A stretch of DNA of 63,700 nucleotides, counting the filler, from Globobulimina sp. (lineage: Eukaryota), in NCBI GenBank assembly GCA_003354225.1. It is 40 parts of 40 records of this genome, joined end to end, with 100 filler letters (N's around TTAATTAATTAA, not from the genome) between each part and the next. Parts side by side here need not be neighbours in the genome. Positions count along the whole stretch, not along the records: positions 22,345 to 23,839 come from PIVH01015772.1; positions 23,940 to 25,434 come from PIVH01015773.1; positions 25,535 to 27,029 come from PIVH01015774.1; positions 27,130 to 28,624 come from PIVH01015775.1; positions 28,725 to 30,219 come from PIVH01015776.1; positions 30,320 to 31,814 come from PIVH01015777.1; positions 31,915 to 33,409 come from PIVH01015778.1; positions 33,510 to 35,004 come from PIVH01015779.1; 32 more parts are not named here. One strand, written 5' to 3'. The position numbers and the translations under genes are program-made. The notes beneath the pieces were generated by a model that had not been told where the DNA came from, did no database searches, and saw only the letters and a program-made list of their open reading frames with translations. Of this stretch, positions 23,588 to 36,699 are shown one piece after another (position 1 is the first letter of the stretch; each line of letters begins with the position of its first letter).

Positions 23588-24280
23588 CGTTTATGATCGG
23601 TCTGAGAGATGATTAAAGTATTACTATTTTTGAAACGGTGTGGTTTTTTGAGCCTAGGTTTCCGACCAAAAACGAAAATGTGCAACAAATTACTTACTAT
23701 TTAGCTCTGGGTGACGGTTAATTGCTAGAAAGTCTGTTTATATGTATAACCAACTCGATGGCATAACTGGATTGTTATTTATGTCCAAAGACAATCTCCG
23801 AAAACAAAAACAATATTATCACGAAGCAAATTGTGCCAGNNNNNNNNNNNNNNNNNNNNNNNNNNNNNNNNNNNNNNNNNNNNTTAATTAATTAANNNNN
23901 NNNNNNNNNNNNNNNNNNNNNNNNNNNNNNNNNNNNNNNTATAAATGTTTCCAGGAGTCTGGCATATGAAAGAAGAGACAAATCTATGCAATAAAGGTAA
24001 AAATTTGTCGTCTATGAGCTAGTCATCGTTAAATAACGGACGGAGCTTCCGTATACAGACTAGCAAATGCTGTTTTTAGTACAACATAACAACACCCCGG
24101 CCCTTATTGAATCTGCTTTTGTACGTTTGTCGCGCTTTTATTTCCCAAGAGATTTAATTTCTATTAAAAGATGTATTGAATTGAATTATATATAATAAAA
24201 AAGAAAAAGACAATACACGTAATATTTATTATATACTATTATAAATTGCAATATTTATGGATAGAATTTAATTTAATAAT

Positions 24281-25416
24281 TTATGCTAAATTTGGATAGC
24301 AATTATCGTGATTTATACCACATTCGCCTTTAGCCCCATTTTTATTGCAATTTCTACAAACTAAGATATAACCGTTCATTCCCCACGACGGACCCCACGA
24401 ATTTCGAACTTTCCAATAATCACCGCCTGTGGTGGTGCCATAGCCAACAGAGGTAACGGCATGGTTTAAATTCGTACCACAAGTACCCGAAAACACGCCA
24501 GATTTATAATTATGCCAATTGGAAGCATCCACGCCGAGAGCAACTGGTCCCGCCGCAGTCGCAGTCTCTAATGCCGCGGCACTGTCTGTGGTCACATGCG
24601 TAGACGAACCGCTTGCTTTCACCGCATCGTAATGCGTTCCACACGAACTTGCTTTGCAGGCTCCATTCTTGGCGGTATAATGATAAGAGGAGGTAAGACA
24701 TAAACCTTTGGCTTCTCCAATATATTTATAGGCATTCTGGGGTAAACCACCATTGCATCCATGGTCGTGTTTATCACAATCTACTAATTCTTGCTCAGCT
24801 AAATTCACTTTGGCAGAGAGCCCTTTTGCGATCGCAACGCGTGGTTCTAAAGACCCGGTTGTTCCAAAGGCCCAGCTATATATTTAAATTATTAATATTT
24901 TAATAGATATTTAATGCGATTTGCCGTAATTATAATTTAATGCGATTTTGCGTATACATACCAACTGCCACATGATCCCTGGTCTTTAATTGGATTCGTA
25001 TAATCAGAGCCATTCATATGGGTCCAATCAATGGAGGTTGGCGCCGCTGGGAAAGTATGTAATGGCGGCATTTCAACCATGTCTTCGCCCCATATGGATC
25101 CGGCGGTGGTTCTTTCTGGAAGTCTGCATAATATCCGATCTTCAAACTCTTTTTGGGTTAAATCAGAAAATTGATTAACACCCTTTGTCCAGGTCGCATG
25201 AGCATATTTATTATGATCATTACACTCTTTCCAATTATCTAAAAATATTAAATATCGATGCCCTTTCTCGTCAGCATCGGTATATGTTTTATCAAATGCC
25301 ACCATCCAATCTTCAAAGGCTGCCGCAACATCAATACTGCTAAAATCAACAATGTCGTCTTGCCACACGGAGGCTGAATATGCTACGCCCACTAATAATG
25401 CTAATACGGCTTTCAT
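24281..25416 (-). CDS. Papain-family (C1A) cathepsin L-like cysteine protease, complete, 2 exons
   Basis: Signal peptide; I29 prodomain with ERFNIN-like motif and GVNQFSDLT. Intron 24876..24961 splits the catalytic Cys codon (TG|C), restoring QGSCGSCWAF. NHAV and VRNSWG motifs present. Confidence 0.96.
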
Positions 25417-25534
25417 TGTTGTGCTGATTGTGGTNNNNNNNNNNNNNNNNNNNNNNNNNNNNNNNNNNNNNNNNNNNNTTAATTAATTAANNNNNNNNNN
25501 NNNNNNNNNNNNNNNNNNNNNNNNNNNNNNNNNN

Positions 25535-27029
25535 TTTGCCTGCGACGGTCCATAGGCGGTGGCTAAGGCTTGGTTGGCTGTATCGGTTTCAGTTTGAAAC
25601 TGATTCTCAAATTTTTGATTTAAATCCGAAGAAATCAGTTTCAAACAAAAAAAACAACAGTTTGAAACTCGAAAAATTCAGTTTCAAACTGAATTAAAAT
25701 AGATACAATCCGATGGGCCAATTTTTATTTTCACATTAAATCCTAATTTTTGCAATCGATCTTGACTTAAAATGCATAATCTATCACTTCCTTTCAATCT
25801 CCTCACCAACGACGTTGCGTCTCTTTTTCTGATAAACTCCGAATAAATCAACTGATATCCTGTGTGTTTTAAATATACAAAATCAGTTTCAAACTGACAC
25901 AAAAATATCAAACAAAATAAATTAGAATCAATTAATTTCATAATTCCTTGAATCAAAACAAAAATCAGTTTCAAACTAAAATGGATCTAGTTTCAAACTG
26001 AATAATTTATTACATTTACATGGATGATTTCAGTTTGAAACTGAAAAATTCTAGTTTCAAACTGTAAAATAATACCAATAAATACCTTCCATACTAATCA
26101 TTGCATGATATATACGATTCAAAATATGTATATTTGAGGCGGACCCAACACTGCGATCCTTATCACCGCCGCAATACTCTCCATATTTATCATAAAAAAA
26201 TAAGCCCCCAAAAAGTACTCCATTTTCATGCGGCGAATAACGAGTATTATATCCACCGTTCACTGCGCTGTATTGACCAAATAATTGGCCTTTTAATTGT
26301 TGATTCTTGCGGACGATTTTAATTAATCCGCGGGCACAACCCGGGACTCTCCAATATTTGCCTAAATCCTGAACGACACTGATACCCATTTTGGATAATG
26401 CGGGTGCCACAGCTTTGGGATTTAATAAACTCCCACGAAATTTATCCATAATATCTATTTATTAATTTTTTATAGTGCGAATTTGCGTATTTTTGTAGTT
26501 TCAAACTGAAAAATGTTTGCATATAATTTGCTGAATTTACAAATTCAGTTTGAAACTACAAAAATATGAGTTTGAAACTCAAAAATATATTTTTTACAAA
26601 ACTCATAGTATTTGCATTCATTTCTTGTTTCGCCGATGCTTTTTTCTTTTTCTTTTTCTTAATTTTCAATGCTTTCAATGCTTTTTTTGGTTTCGGTTTG
26701 CTTGGATTCGCCAATTTTAATTTCTTTGATGGCGGCGGAATAAACGGTGGCTTTTCACCGACAAAATCATCATAGTCTTCATAGTCATTCTCATCATCTG
26801 TATCTGCTGCAATTTCGTCATCCAAATCGAATAAATCATCACTGTTTAATGTCTCATTCTTTTCCTCTTCAACGGCTGCCACAGCATCACGAATTTCTGC
26901 TGTATTCATGTCATTATATCCATGTTTATGACAGCGAAATATGTCGCAATCATCGGCCATTAATATATCCATTTCATGCATATTAAAATCCAAATCAATT
27001 TTCACGCAGTTCGCGTAATACCAAATCTC
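25535..27029 (-). CDS. Hypothetical nuclear protein fragment (PHD-finger-like end, acidic tract, poly-Lys), 4 exons
   Basis: WYYANCV...FRCHKH resembles a PHD C-terminal half. Phase-compatible GT-AG introns at 26455..26602 (weak donor), 25860..26085 and 25578..25706. Confidence 0.5.
25590..26580. repeat. 12 copies of the palindromic motif (C)AGTTT[C/G]AAAC(TG)
   Basis: Copies at 25590, 25636, 25658, 25679, 25884, 25966, 25988, 26031, 26052, 26496, 26546 and 26568. Confidence 0.9.
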
Positions 27030-27192
27030 NNNNNNNNNNNNNNNNNNNNNNNNNNNNNNNNNNNNNNNNNNNNTTAATTAATTAANNNNNNNNNNNNNNN
27101 NNNNNNNNNNNNNNNNNNNNNNNNNNNNNATTTGGTCATTTATTGTTTGCTGTACGGATTCTAAGAGCAAAAATCAAGATTTTCATGCCAAA

Positions 27193-27675
27193 GTGATTGG
27201 TACATTCAATACGATTTCGCCTTTATTAAAAAGATTTATTCAACGAAAACGTGGTCATATTGCGTTTAGTTCATCGTTAGCGAGTTATAATACATTGTTT
27301 GGGAGGAATTCAATTTACTGTGCAACTAAAGTATTTGTACGGTTTATGGCTGAATTAATACGCTGTGCTGTGGTGCATTATAATGTTGATTGTACGGTGA
27401 TTAATTTAGGATTTGTTGATACTCCGATGAATGGTAAAAATGTTGCTAGATTGTGCAAATCTGTTGAAACCACAGCGAAAGTAATTGTAGATGGACTGAA
27501 CCGAAATAAAGCAATAATAAATTATCCATTTCATTTTTCATTTATAATGTGGTATATTGGTTCATTACATCCAATATTATATACTTGTATTTCATATATG
27601 TTCAAATCTGAAAAACAAGTCTCAGATCGCGTTTTTGGTGACTATTTATCTGAAATCAACAAAAAAAACAACTAA
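27193..27675 (+). CDS. Short-chain dehydrogenase/reductase, C-terminal half
   Basis: RGHIAFSSSLAS, catalytic YCATK (YxxxK), INLGFVDTPM. Confidence 0.88.
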   Translation: MIGTFNTISPLLKRFIQRKRGHIAFSSSLASYNTLFGRNSIYCATKVFVRFMAELIRCAVVHYNVDCTVINLGFVDTPMNGKNVARLCKSVETTAKVIVDGLNRNKAIINYPFHFSFIMWYIGSLHPILYTCISYMFKSEKQVSDRVFGDYLSEINKKNN

Positions 27676-28371
27676 TTATAATTGCATTGTTCATTTATTT
27701 GCAATATAAATAAGAACCACTCAAAAAGAAGATTCTAAAGTTTCCTTTGATACCGTTCTTTTTGGAAGGAAAATAGGTTAATAATAAAATGTTAATGGTT
27801 CCGATGAAACACAACCTTTAAGAATTCAATTTTTTCAATTGATTCACTGATTTCATCGCAAAATAATTGTTTAAAGTTATTATTGATTTTTAAATGTCTT
27901 CCATTCATATTCATATTTTTAAATGGATCAAAATCATTATTTATTTGTTTGAATAATATTTACAACAAACTTTACTTTACTTTGAAAATCTGATTTTAAT
28001 TTACTTTTTGAATATATTCCTTGTAATAAACATATTATTGCGCTCCATTTTTGCTCTCGACATTTGCGCCCAAATTGCATCAAACTTATTTTCTTTTTTT
28101 TTATTATTATTTATCTTCAAATTGAGGTTGCATAATTTGGGTTTACCACTCCTTACAAAATCAAATACATTTTCCTTGCCATAATCCACTGTTTTACAGC
28201 CACATACTGCTAATAATAAACTGTACAACCATCCTCATCACAGGTATTAAAACATATGGATTGATCACCAATTTGTATAAGATAAAAAGTACAAATTCCA
28301 TTATTGATTATTCAAAGTTGAAGTTTTTAACTACCTCATAACATTTTTTCTCATCTTTCTAATGTCACAAT

Positions 28372-28586
28372 GAAAGGAATGCATTAAAGTCAGAGGTTTG
28401 AGAGGTTGAGAGGTTCGGAGGTTTAGGCGTTGAGAAGTTGAGAGGTTTGGAAGTAGAATTATTAATGAAACAAGAATCCAATACTACGATACTTTTATCC
28501 ACCAACTTCTGAACATCTCAACCTCTCAACGCATAAACTTCCGAACCTCTCAACTTCTCAACCTCTGACTTAAATGCATTCCTTCC
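28372..28586. mobile_element. MITE-like hairpin element with ~85-bp inverted arms
   Basis: GAAAGGAATGCATTAAAGTCAGAGG... pairs with ...CCTCTGACTTAAATGCATTCCTTCC. The arms are built from 8-bp GAGAGGTT units. Flanked by the direct repeat AAT (or CAATG with a 1-nt boundary shift). Confidence 0.75.
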
Positions 28587-28760
28587 AATGCTGACACTTG
28601 CTAGCATATTAAATGTGAACATAGNNNNNNNNNNNNNNNNNNNNNNNNNNNNNNNNNNNNNNNNNNNNTTAATTAATTAANNNNNNNNNNNNNNNNNNNN
28701 NNNNNNNNNNNNNNNNNNNNNNNNTTGTTTGTACATATTATGTACATATGATTAAATTAG

Positions 28761-30134
28761 GAATTATATTTGCGATTGGGACGACAGGTGGACGACACGA
28801 AATGGTGGCACCTGGTCTTGGGCAGCGATTGGAAGCGGAATTGATGGAGATTGCAGTATCCGACAGAGCAGCACAGCAATGACTAGTGGGCACGCATGGA
28901 TGGGAGAGAAAGATCCTGAATCATTGCTTTGGACCGACTATAAAATAGAAATGATAATTAATTTAATGTATGCTACCTACTATCGTTGAGATGTGTATGT
29001 GTATGTGATATATCCGTTGTTACTGAAAAACGTATACAATTATAATAAATATTACATACAACTCTCAACTAAATATTTGTGTTAAGTTCTGGGAATATTA
29101 GTGCTGGTTCACCTGGTGTCGGACCTCTTTTCCGTGGAACAAATCTCGATTGTGATGTGAATGATTGTGGTAATTCTTACTTTCTCAAACTGAGGGCCGA
29201 TCGATATAACTTTGTTAAGCATAACAACAGCACCAGCCGTATTTCACTATATACTCATTTTATGGGAGCAGGAGCACATTCATTGGGTACACCGTATTTA
29301 GTTCGCGTTGAGTGTGTTGGAAATACATTCAAAATTTATGAAGAAAATGAATATTTATTTAGTTATTCAGATGCTAGTTATTCGGCTGGATCTGTTGGTT
29401 TTAAAACATGGGCTAGCGATGCCAGGATATCTAAAGTGCGGATTATGTTTCCTCAGAATCAACAAAGGTACACTGCCGATCCATCAGTAGCACCAACATT
29501 TGTACCCACATTTGTTCCCACATTTATACCAACATTTGAGCCCAGTCAGCCCACATTTATACCGACATTTATACCCACATTTATACCAACAATTATACCA
29601 ACATTTGGCCCCACAACATCAGTCCCAACCACATTTATACCCACATTTATACCGACATTTGTACCATCTCAGTTTGCATATAATGAAGGCGAAGCAGATG
29701 AAAACACAACAACACAGCCAATATCTGAAATAGTTATCGTTTACAATGAATGCACTGTGTCATCCATTTTAAGCAGAACTTTTATTATTTGTATGGGAAC
29801 AATTTATGTTGTTTTTGGAATAATTTTGAGTATATATTCATTTAAAAACGTGTCGCAAAAGGAATATAAATCTTTTTTTAAGTTTTTATTAGAATGGTTC
29901 AACGATGTTCGAAAGAGGAAAAGTTGCTATTTTCTGATGGTTCAACATTTTGGCGATCAATTAACAGATATTTCAGTTTGTATTCAATTTTACGAATTAG
30001 CAAAAACAAAATCTAACAATAATTGGGAAGCCTGCAATGGCTTAAATATGTTATATTTATTTATATTATCCATTTTATCTTTTGTTGTCTATCGGATTGT
30101 CAGTGCTTTTTTGATATCTCCGATTGTCGCCTAA
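28761..30134 (+). CDS. Membrane protein: ConA/DUF1080-like beta-sandwich, PT-repeat stalk, multi-TM region (fragment)
   Basis: WTDYKIE exon; GPLFR...VRVECVGNTFKIY...DASYSAGSVGF. (PTFI/V)n 12-bp repeats at ~29490..29665, then hydrophobic helices and HFGDQLTDI. Confidence 0.65.
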
Positions 30135-30532
30135 ATGACAAAATATCAGACCAAAATATCAGTGATATTTTCAAGATTTGGGTGCCGAAATCTGAAAATA
30201 TCAATACATAATTCAACATNNNNNNNNNNNNNNNNNNNNNNNNNNNNNNNNNNNNNNNNNNNNTTAATTAATTAANNNNNNNNNNNNNNNNNNNNNNNNN
30301 NNNNNNNNNNNNNNNNNNNTACTTATCCATAGTATTTGTCCAAAATAATAACGAACTTTGTCCAAAATAATAACGAATCACTGCTTATGCCTTAATCAAT
30401 GGCTGGGTGAAATTTATAATGGAATTGGAGCAAATGATCACTCCTTAAAAGCTATCGGGAAAACAGCACAGAAACGCTATAATTAAATATATTCTGTGTC
30501 TGTATAGTGATTGGTTGTCAGAAACGTTAATG

Positions 30533-31413
30533 TCATAGTTTAGCCGTATAAACAATATTAGATGCAAAACCTAACATTGTTCTAATTTTACAACATATTT
30601 CACCGTCTTGTTCTATTATTGCTATAATTTCCTCACCATTCAAATTTGTTTTATCAAACAATATTTTAACCACACATTTACAATCTTTCTCTCTCTGCAC
30701 AATCATCTCTTTCATATACAAAACTGAAAACTGTTTAATTCCAATACTTCCATCATAATATTCATTGCTATATTCACATAATACATCATCAAATAATTGT
30801 ACATATGCAGACTGAGTGCAGTGCGCATTACCATCGCAATCGGAATATCTTAAAAGAAATTCCTTTTCAAATAATACAGCCTTATTCTGTATATTTGGAA
30901 TTCGAATACGGTCCAATGCTTTATTCAATTGTTGTTCTTCTTGTTTTGCGTGTTTCATTACTGATTTGTTCACTGAATTGGAATTTAAATATTTTGCTTT
31001 ATATTTTAACTTATCCTCACATAATAAACACGGTTTATGCGTTATTGGATTAACATGAACATCAACACATAAAATCGATGCCATTAAAAGTGTTCCAAAT
31101 AGGAGATCCACCAAACAAACGGCACTTCGGGTACGGATAAAAGGATATTTTCGGGAAATTGTAAATTTATTATTTGGATTCATTTCATGCGCGCTAATTT
31201 TCTCAAATATGACGTTGAAAGAGATTGATGAATTACCAAATTTTGACATTTTGTATAAATTCTGCAATCTCTACAATCATCATTGTGCTTGAAATTATAT
31301 ACCCATGGTTTTGCAAATAATGCATGTGCATAAACATTTAAGTTTCGATCAAAATCTCGCCCAATGAGTGAAAAAGGAGTAACAATTTCAAATGGTTTGT
31401 CAGACTCTGCCAT
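30533..31413 (-). CDS. Double hotdog-fold thioesterase (acyl-ACP thioesterase-like), 2 exons
   Basis: RDFDRNLNV in the first half and LRYSDCDGNAHCTQSAYVQLFDD in the second. A 32-nt GT-AG intron at 31271..31302 joins the two ORFs in frame. Confidence 0.75.
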
Positions 31414-31495
31414 GTTATGATTAAATTCTGTGATAGAGATATGTAAAAACTTTTCGCACGTTTTTTTACTCTACTGCAGGCATCTTGCGTGCAAG

Positions 31496-31814
31496 ATGAT
31501 GTTCATGCCTTCGAGTGGGAGGAGAGGTCGCAATTCATGGATATCCGCATTCCTGGCAGATGAAAAGGAAAAAGACTTAAAAGAAGAAAAGAAAAACCAA
31601 GAAAAAGATATTTTTGATCGTACCACAATGTTAAAAATACTTAAACGTGAAAATGAACTTCGTTTAAGCGTGGAATGGATAAAATTAATGGAAAAAGAAG
31701 CAAATACAATGAATTCACCAATTAATGGATATTCATATTCAATCAATTCACCGATTATTTTAAAATTACAAACAAAAGTTATGAAAGAATTTGGTATGAA
31801 AACAAACGAAGAAA
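31496..31814 (+). CDS. Hypothetical protein, N-terminal fragment
   Basis: Open frame from ATG 31496 to the contig end (…MLKILKRENELRLS…LQTKVMKEFG…). Confidence 0.5.
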
Positions 31815-31914
31815 NNNNNNNNNNNNNNNNNNNNNNNNNNNNNNNNNNNNNNNNNNNNTTAATTAATTAANNNNNNNNNNNNNNNNNNNNNNNNNNNNNN
31901 NNNNNNNNNNNNNN

Positions 31915-32597
31915 CATCGTTTTGCTTTTATATTATTATAAAATGTACACAGCGGACATTGTATGGCTCCCTTTTTGCGTATTTCTGCGGATGGTGGCTG
32001 AGCAATAATTTGTGGCGACCCTTTTGGTATTTTATCAATGATATGAAAGGGTGGATAACCACATTGTTTTGGCAGTGATCTATTTTCTAAAGCTTGTGAT
32101 GGGACAATTGGCGAAGTTGCTGATTCAATTGGCGAAGTTGCTGATATTTCCATGCTTATATTGCTTTCCTCTGTGTTTAAAATATAGTTTTCAGCGTGGT
32201 TTGCATTAGGATTCACATATTGAGATGGCTCATATACAAGAATAGTTGGTCCAGGACCGGGTGTTAATTCTTCATCGATTGTATCTTCGTCGCTGTCATT
32301 GACACAGAATTGAGATAAAAGCGCTAAACTCAATCCTTTTTGGTGTTTGTTTTTTGATGTTTGAATCTCATTGATATTGTCTGCAACAATGTCATCATCA
32401 CTCGAATTATCAGTATATTGGCAGTCATATTCTTGTTGCGCTTCTTTTGCAATTAATGATTGTATATCTTTCAATTCAGTCCATTTATTAACAGTGCAGC
32501 CATTCCATACATATATGTCCAGCGGTAATTGTTTTACTTGGTCGATGCTTATTGGACCTTTTGATTCTCCATCGATATCAACATAAAACCACTCCAT
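31915..32597 (-). CDS. GYF_2 (DUF4339) domain plus RanBP2-type zinc finger protein, 3'-truncated
   Basis: WFYVD..GESKGPIS...YVWNG...KWTELKDI; C-terminal QCPLCTFYN.....RC. Confidence 0.75.
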
Positions 32598-33714
32598 TAT
32601 CACAATTGACAGTTTCAAATAAACTGAAATAAAGCTTCTGTCAGTCTGAAATACTTACAAAATTAAACTTCCTTCACAGACAACTTTGATCATAGTTTGG
32701 GAGAATGGCAGCGAAAATAACTTTAACATGCCAGATATTAAAGAAATATTACAAAAGCTTCAGGACAGAATATGACGCCATATTTTCAAAATGGTGCGAC
32801 GAAAATAGCTTTGATGAGGAAAGAGTGCAACAAGAATTTGAGGAATATGATACTTTTCCATTTAATTATCCCCTGCAACGGAAGATGATAAATGCAGAAC
32901 TATTCATAAATTACTCAAAAACATTTGGAATAATTGTGATAATCCAAAGGTATATATCCTTCAATCCGGTCAAACAAAAATAAGGTATCCTTCAACAAAA
33001 ATAAGGTAACAAGCAATAATTTTCAATTTTTTACTTCAATAACCACAAGTTTGGTGGTGTTGTATCACCACAGCACCGCTGGATAGTTTCATTTAAAATC
33101 TTCATTAATTCCATAAATCCAGTAACGGTTTTTCAAAATGCTTAGTTGGACATTCTCTAATAAGTCTAATTGGATTAACGTGCAGAATTTGTACAATGAT
33201 TTAATATGAAAATAAGTATCAATCAATTTGACGATGAGAATTTTACAGCTCAGCTGTAACAAGATTGATAATTATGATTATATATATATAGATTAATTAA
33301 TCGCCGATAGACAATTATTTGACACTCATTTAACTTTTAATTTGTAAATCAAAATTAAAACAATAAGCTCGATTTAATTTCAACAGTAATATTAATATTA
33401 TAAAGTATGNNNNNNNNNNNNNNNNNNNNNNNNNNNNNNNNNNNNNNNNNNNNTTAATTAATTAANNNNNNNNNNNNNNNNNNNNNNNNNNNNNNNNNNN
33501 NNNNNNNNNGAGATTACAATCACGTACAAATTATATTGCAACATTTCATAAGTCGAGATTGATTTCTTAGTGTCTTGATTTGAAGACTGGACTCTCGAAT
33601 CTGTTTGCAAGAATGCAATGTACACTATCTCCGATAAATAGAGAACAGATTCCTGCATTTAAGCTGGTTTTCATCTTAGACAAATATGTAACATTGTTTT
33701 GGTAGAGTCGCGAT

Positions 33715-34791
33715 TTATTTTGTTGTAAATGCCACACAGCATTTATAACAACTAATATGACAACACTGACAACAAGTGAAATATATATCTTTTGCGAATT
33801 TCATACTAAGATACAATGATATTATAATACCAATCATGCCGATTAGTCTCGTTCCATAAATAAATAAACCAAACCATGTCGATGATTCAAGATCAGGTTT
33901 CATTGAAATATAACCAACAATATACCACATTTGATTAAAAAATATAGCAAATGATGATAATACGGTATGTCTTGTAATTACAACAATTAATTTTAGTCGA
34001 CTGACATCTAAATTGCCATTGTCTACAAGTAACAATGATGATAAGTCTGATAAGTCCGATTCATATGTATCCGCGGCCGTATTCGCAGATATTTGCGTCC
34101 CTGATACTTGACCGACAAATGACGTCAAATTACTTTTCATTTCATTTGGGTCTTGAACATGTTTATTATTATTAATACTATTTTGATGTTGACCCGGAAC
34201 ATTATCTATGTTGACAATCAAGTGATGCAATTTGTAAATAAATAAGGAGAGCATAGAGATTGATACAGTAAAATCGTTGACAATAACAGTGATAATTAGC
34301 GGTTTTGCAATCTTATCCGCAATGTGTTCATCCCCAAAAATAAACATTACGACGCAATATGTTAAACTTAATAGGATGGAGAAAGCAATCTGGATTGATA
34401 TGAATACTATACTCCATTTTGATAATGCAAAAACGGAATATTTAAAGGTAAAATAACAACGGCCAAATAGTATTATGTTGAGTGATATTGATGTTGCGAA
34501 ATATAGCAAATCTGCGGTTCCTTTGATTGTAGTATAAGTATTTAGTAACATTGGGTGACCAGATTTGTAGCATAAATATCCATGCCAGGTATCAACCGCT
34601 GCTGTTAATGCACAAAAAGTGAAGCAACTCGCAGCTGTATATCGATAAAAATTAAATGCATTTTTCATATTTCTGTATGTTGTGTCTGGTGAAATAAACA
34701 GTTGATAGATCAGTATTAGCCAAAAGAAAAAAATAATTGACGTTCCTATTACAAAGAATGGCAAAATGATCTCATATACTGAATAAGACAT
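33715..34791 (-). CDS. Seven-transmembrane GPCR-like protein
   Basis: Seven hydrophobic segments, a long polar loop between TM5 and TM6, and a Cys-rich C-tail (CCQCCHISCYKCC). Confidence 0.7.
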   Translation of the reverse strand: MSYSVYEIILPFFVIGTSIIFFFWLILIYQLFISPDTTYRNMKNAFNFYRYTAASCFTFCALTAAVDTWHGYLCYKSGHPMLLNTYTTIKGTADLLYFATSISLNIILFGRCYFTFKYSVFALSKWSIVFISIQIAFSILLSLTYCVVMFIFGDEHIADKIAKPLIITVIVNDFTVSISMLSLFIYKLHHLIVNIDNVPGQHQNSINNNKHVQDPNEMKSNLTSFVGQVSGTQISANTAADTYESDLSDLSSLLLVDNGNLDVSRLKLIVVITRHTVLSSFAIFFNQMWYIVGYISMKPDLESSTWFGLFIYGTRLIGMIGIIISLYLSMKFAKDIYFTCCQCCHISCYKCCVAFTTK

Positions 34792-35106
34792 GGTGCAACC
34801 ACTACTGCTCAAATTTTGAGTGCTTCATAAATTTATAAAGTATCGCTCGCGGATACATTTAGATGCTCTCTAGTTTTATCTGTTGATTAAGCATTAGGGC
34901 TTTCCGATATGTACTGCAAATTTCCCGCTGTTTGAAAAGTTTTTTCTTTTTTTCATGATCTTATCGAACACCTCGGCAATGTTTATTTTTGTTTTTTATG
35001 CGTTNNNNNNNNNNNNNNNNNNNNNNNNNNNNNNNNNNNNNNNNNNNNTTAATTAATTAANNNNNNNNNNNNNNNNNNNNNNNNNNNNNNNNNNNNNNNN
35101 NNNNCA

Positions 35107-35958
35107 GTGCCAAATGAAAGCAAAATTGATATGGAAGAATCACAAAAACTAAAGAAAAAAGGCAACACAGAATATGGTAAAAAAAATTATAAATTAGCAT
35201 TGGATTTTTATTCAGATTCATTGAAATGTATTAATATTGAATTAAATTCCGAACCACCACAGTCATTGATACATGGGACAGATACAGAATTTTACAAAGA
35301 AATATTAAATAAAATTGAATTAAATGCCTTGTTACAACACAAAAGAGACGAAATATCAAAAATATTCTCGAACCGAGCTGCCTGTTTTCTAAATTTACAA
35401 AATTATATTTTATGCATTCACAATTGTAATATCTCATTATTATATAATCCAAACAACGAAAATGGATTTTATCGCAGAGCTCTCTCTTATGAAAAATTAG
35501 AAAAATATCTCATTTCATTAAAAAATTATCAAAAATTGCTTAAAATTAACCAGAACAAAAAAGCATTGGACGGACTGAACAGAGTTCAAAAAATAATCGA
35601 AAAACAGCAAGACAGAGTTACAGTTTATTCGCAAGCTATAAATCAGTTAAAATCCCTCACCAATACAGTGGAGCCAGTGGACGATGATAAAATTTTGACC
35701 AATGTTGGTATTGTAATGAATCAGATATACCATTCTCAACAATACCATTCACACATCATTGATGAACTGGGTTTTACTCACATTTTATATCATATTTGCT
35801 TGTCTGATAATTTACTCATTGTACAGCAAACCCAATTATTAGTAATGAATGGATTTGAATGCAAAACAAAGGATATTAATTATGCAAAAAAAAAGATATT
35901 GCGCATAAAATTGATGTCGATGAGACGAAGTTTGCGCAGTTTTTGTTGGAACTTTTGA
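35107..35958 (+). CDS. TPR-domain co-chaperone-like protein (3' part disrupted)
   Basis: LKKKGNTEY...ALDFYS, SNRAACFLNL and FYRRALSYEKL form three TPRs with carboxylate-clamp-type residues. Confidence 0.8.
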   Translation: MPNESKIDMEESQKLKKKGNTEYGKKNYKLALDFYSDSLKCINIELNSEPPQSLIHGTDTEFYKEILNKIELNALLQHKRDEISKIFSNRAACFLNLQNYILCIHNCNISLLYNPNNENGFYRRALSYEKLEKYLISLKNYQKLLKINQNKKALDGLNRVQKIIEKQQDRVTVYSQAINQLKSLTNTVEPVDDDKILTNVGIVMNQIYHSQQYHSHIIDELGFTHILYHICLSDNLLIVQQTQLLVMNGFECKTKDINYAKKKILRIKLMSMRRSLRSFCWNF

Positions 35959-36699
35959 GGAAATTAAATATTGGTTCATTTGGTGGAATATTTTAAAAAA
36001 TTAATAATCAAAGCAATATATGGCAACGAGAAGAAAGAAGATAGCAATTTATTAAAGTTGATAAGAATGAAAACGAAGTGCAGGAGGATCACGAATGAAA
36101 AAAGTGAACACGTTCTTTAGAAGTTCGTCAGGTGTCGTCAGTGAGTATATATAGAAACGGTTTGCTATGAAATTCCATGCTACAATAATTATGACGTTGA
36201 TTATGTAAATTTTGGTTCGTTAGGTGATCATAGCCAAAATGATGAAATCCACTTTAAGAGCTCGCTTGAATCCAGCGAATTGAGCGAAAGAAGCTGAGAC
36301 ATCTACACTTGCTGCAAAACACTTTCCCAAGTGGTGAGTAAAAAGATTTTTTTAAGCAACTGAAGTTCAGTAATCTTGAATTACAACAACAATTAAGTGC
36401 AATGATATAATAATTATTACCACATTATTATAATTAATTCTCTTCAATTTCATTTAAAAAAAAGCTCTCTCCCTTCAAATCTGCCCACATTACAACAACC
36501 AAATAATATATTTTTTCCAACTGTATATTCCTAAAAGCAATTCCTTGATCACTCCCATTTACTGAATATCCCATTTCTTGTTTTTCAAAATCAACTCTCN
36601 NNNNNNNNNNNNNNNNNNNNNNNNNNNNNNNNNNNNNNNNNNNTTAATTAATTAANNNNNNNNNNNNNNNNNNNNNNNNNNNNNNNNNNNNNNNNNNNN

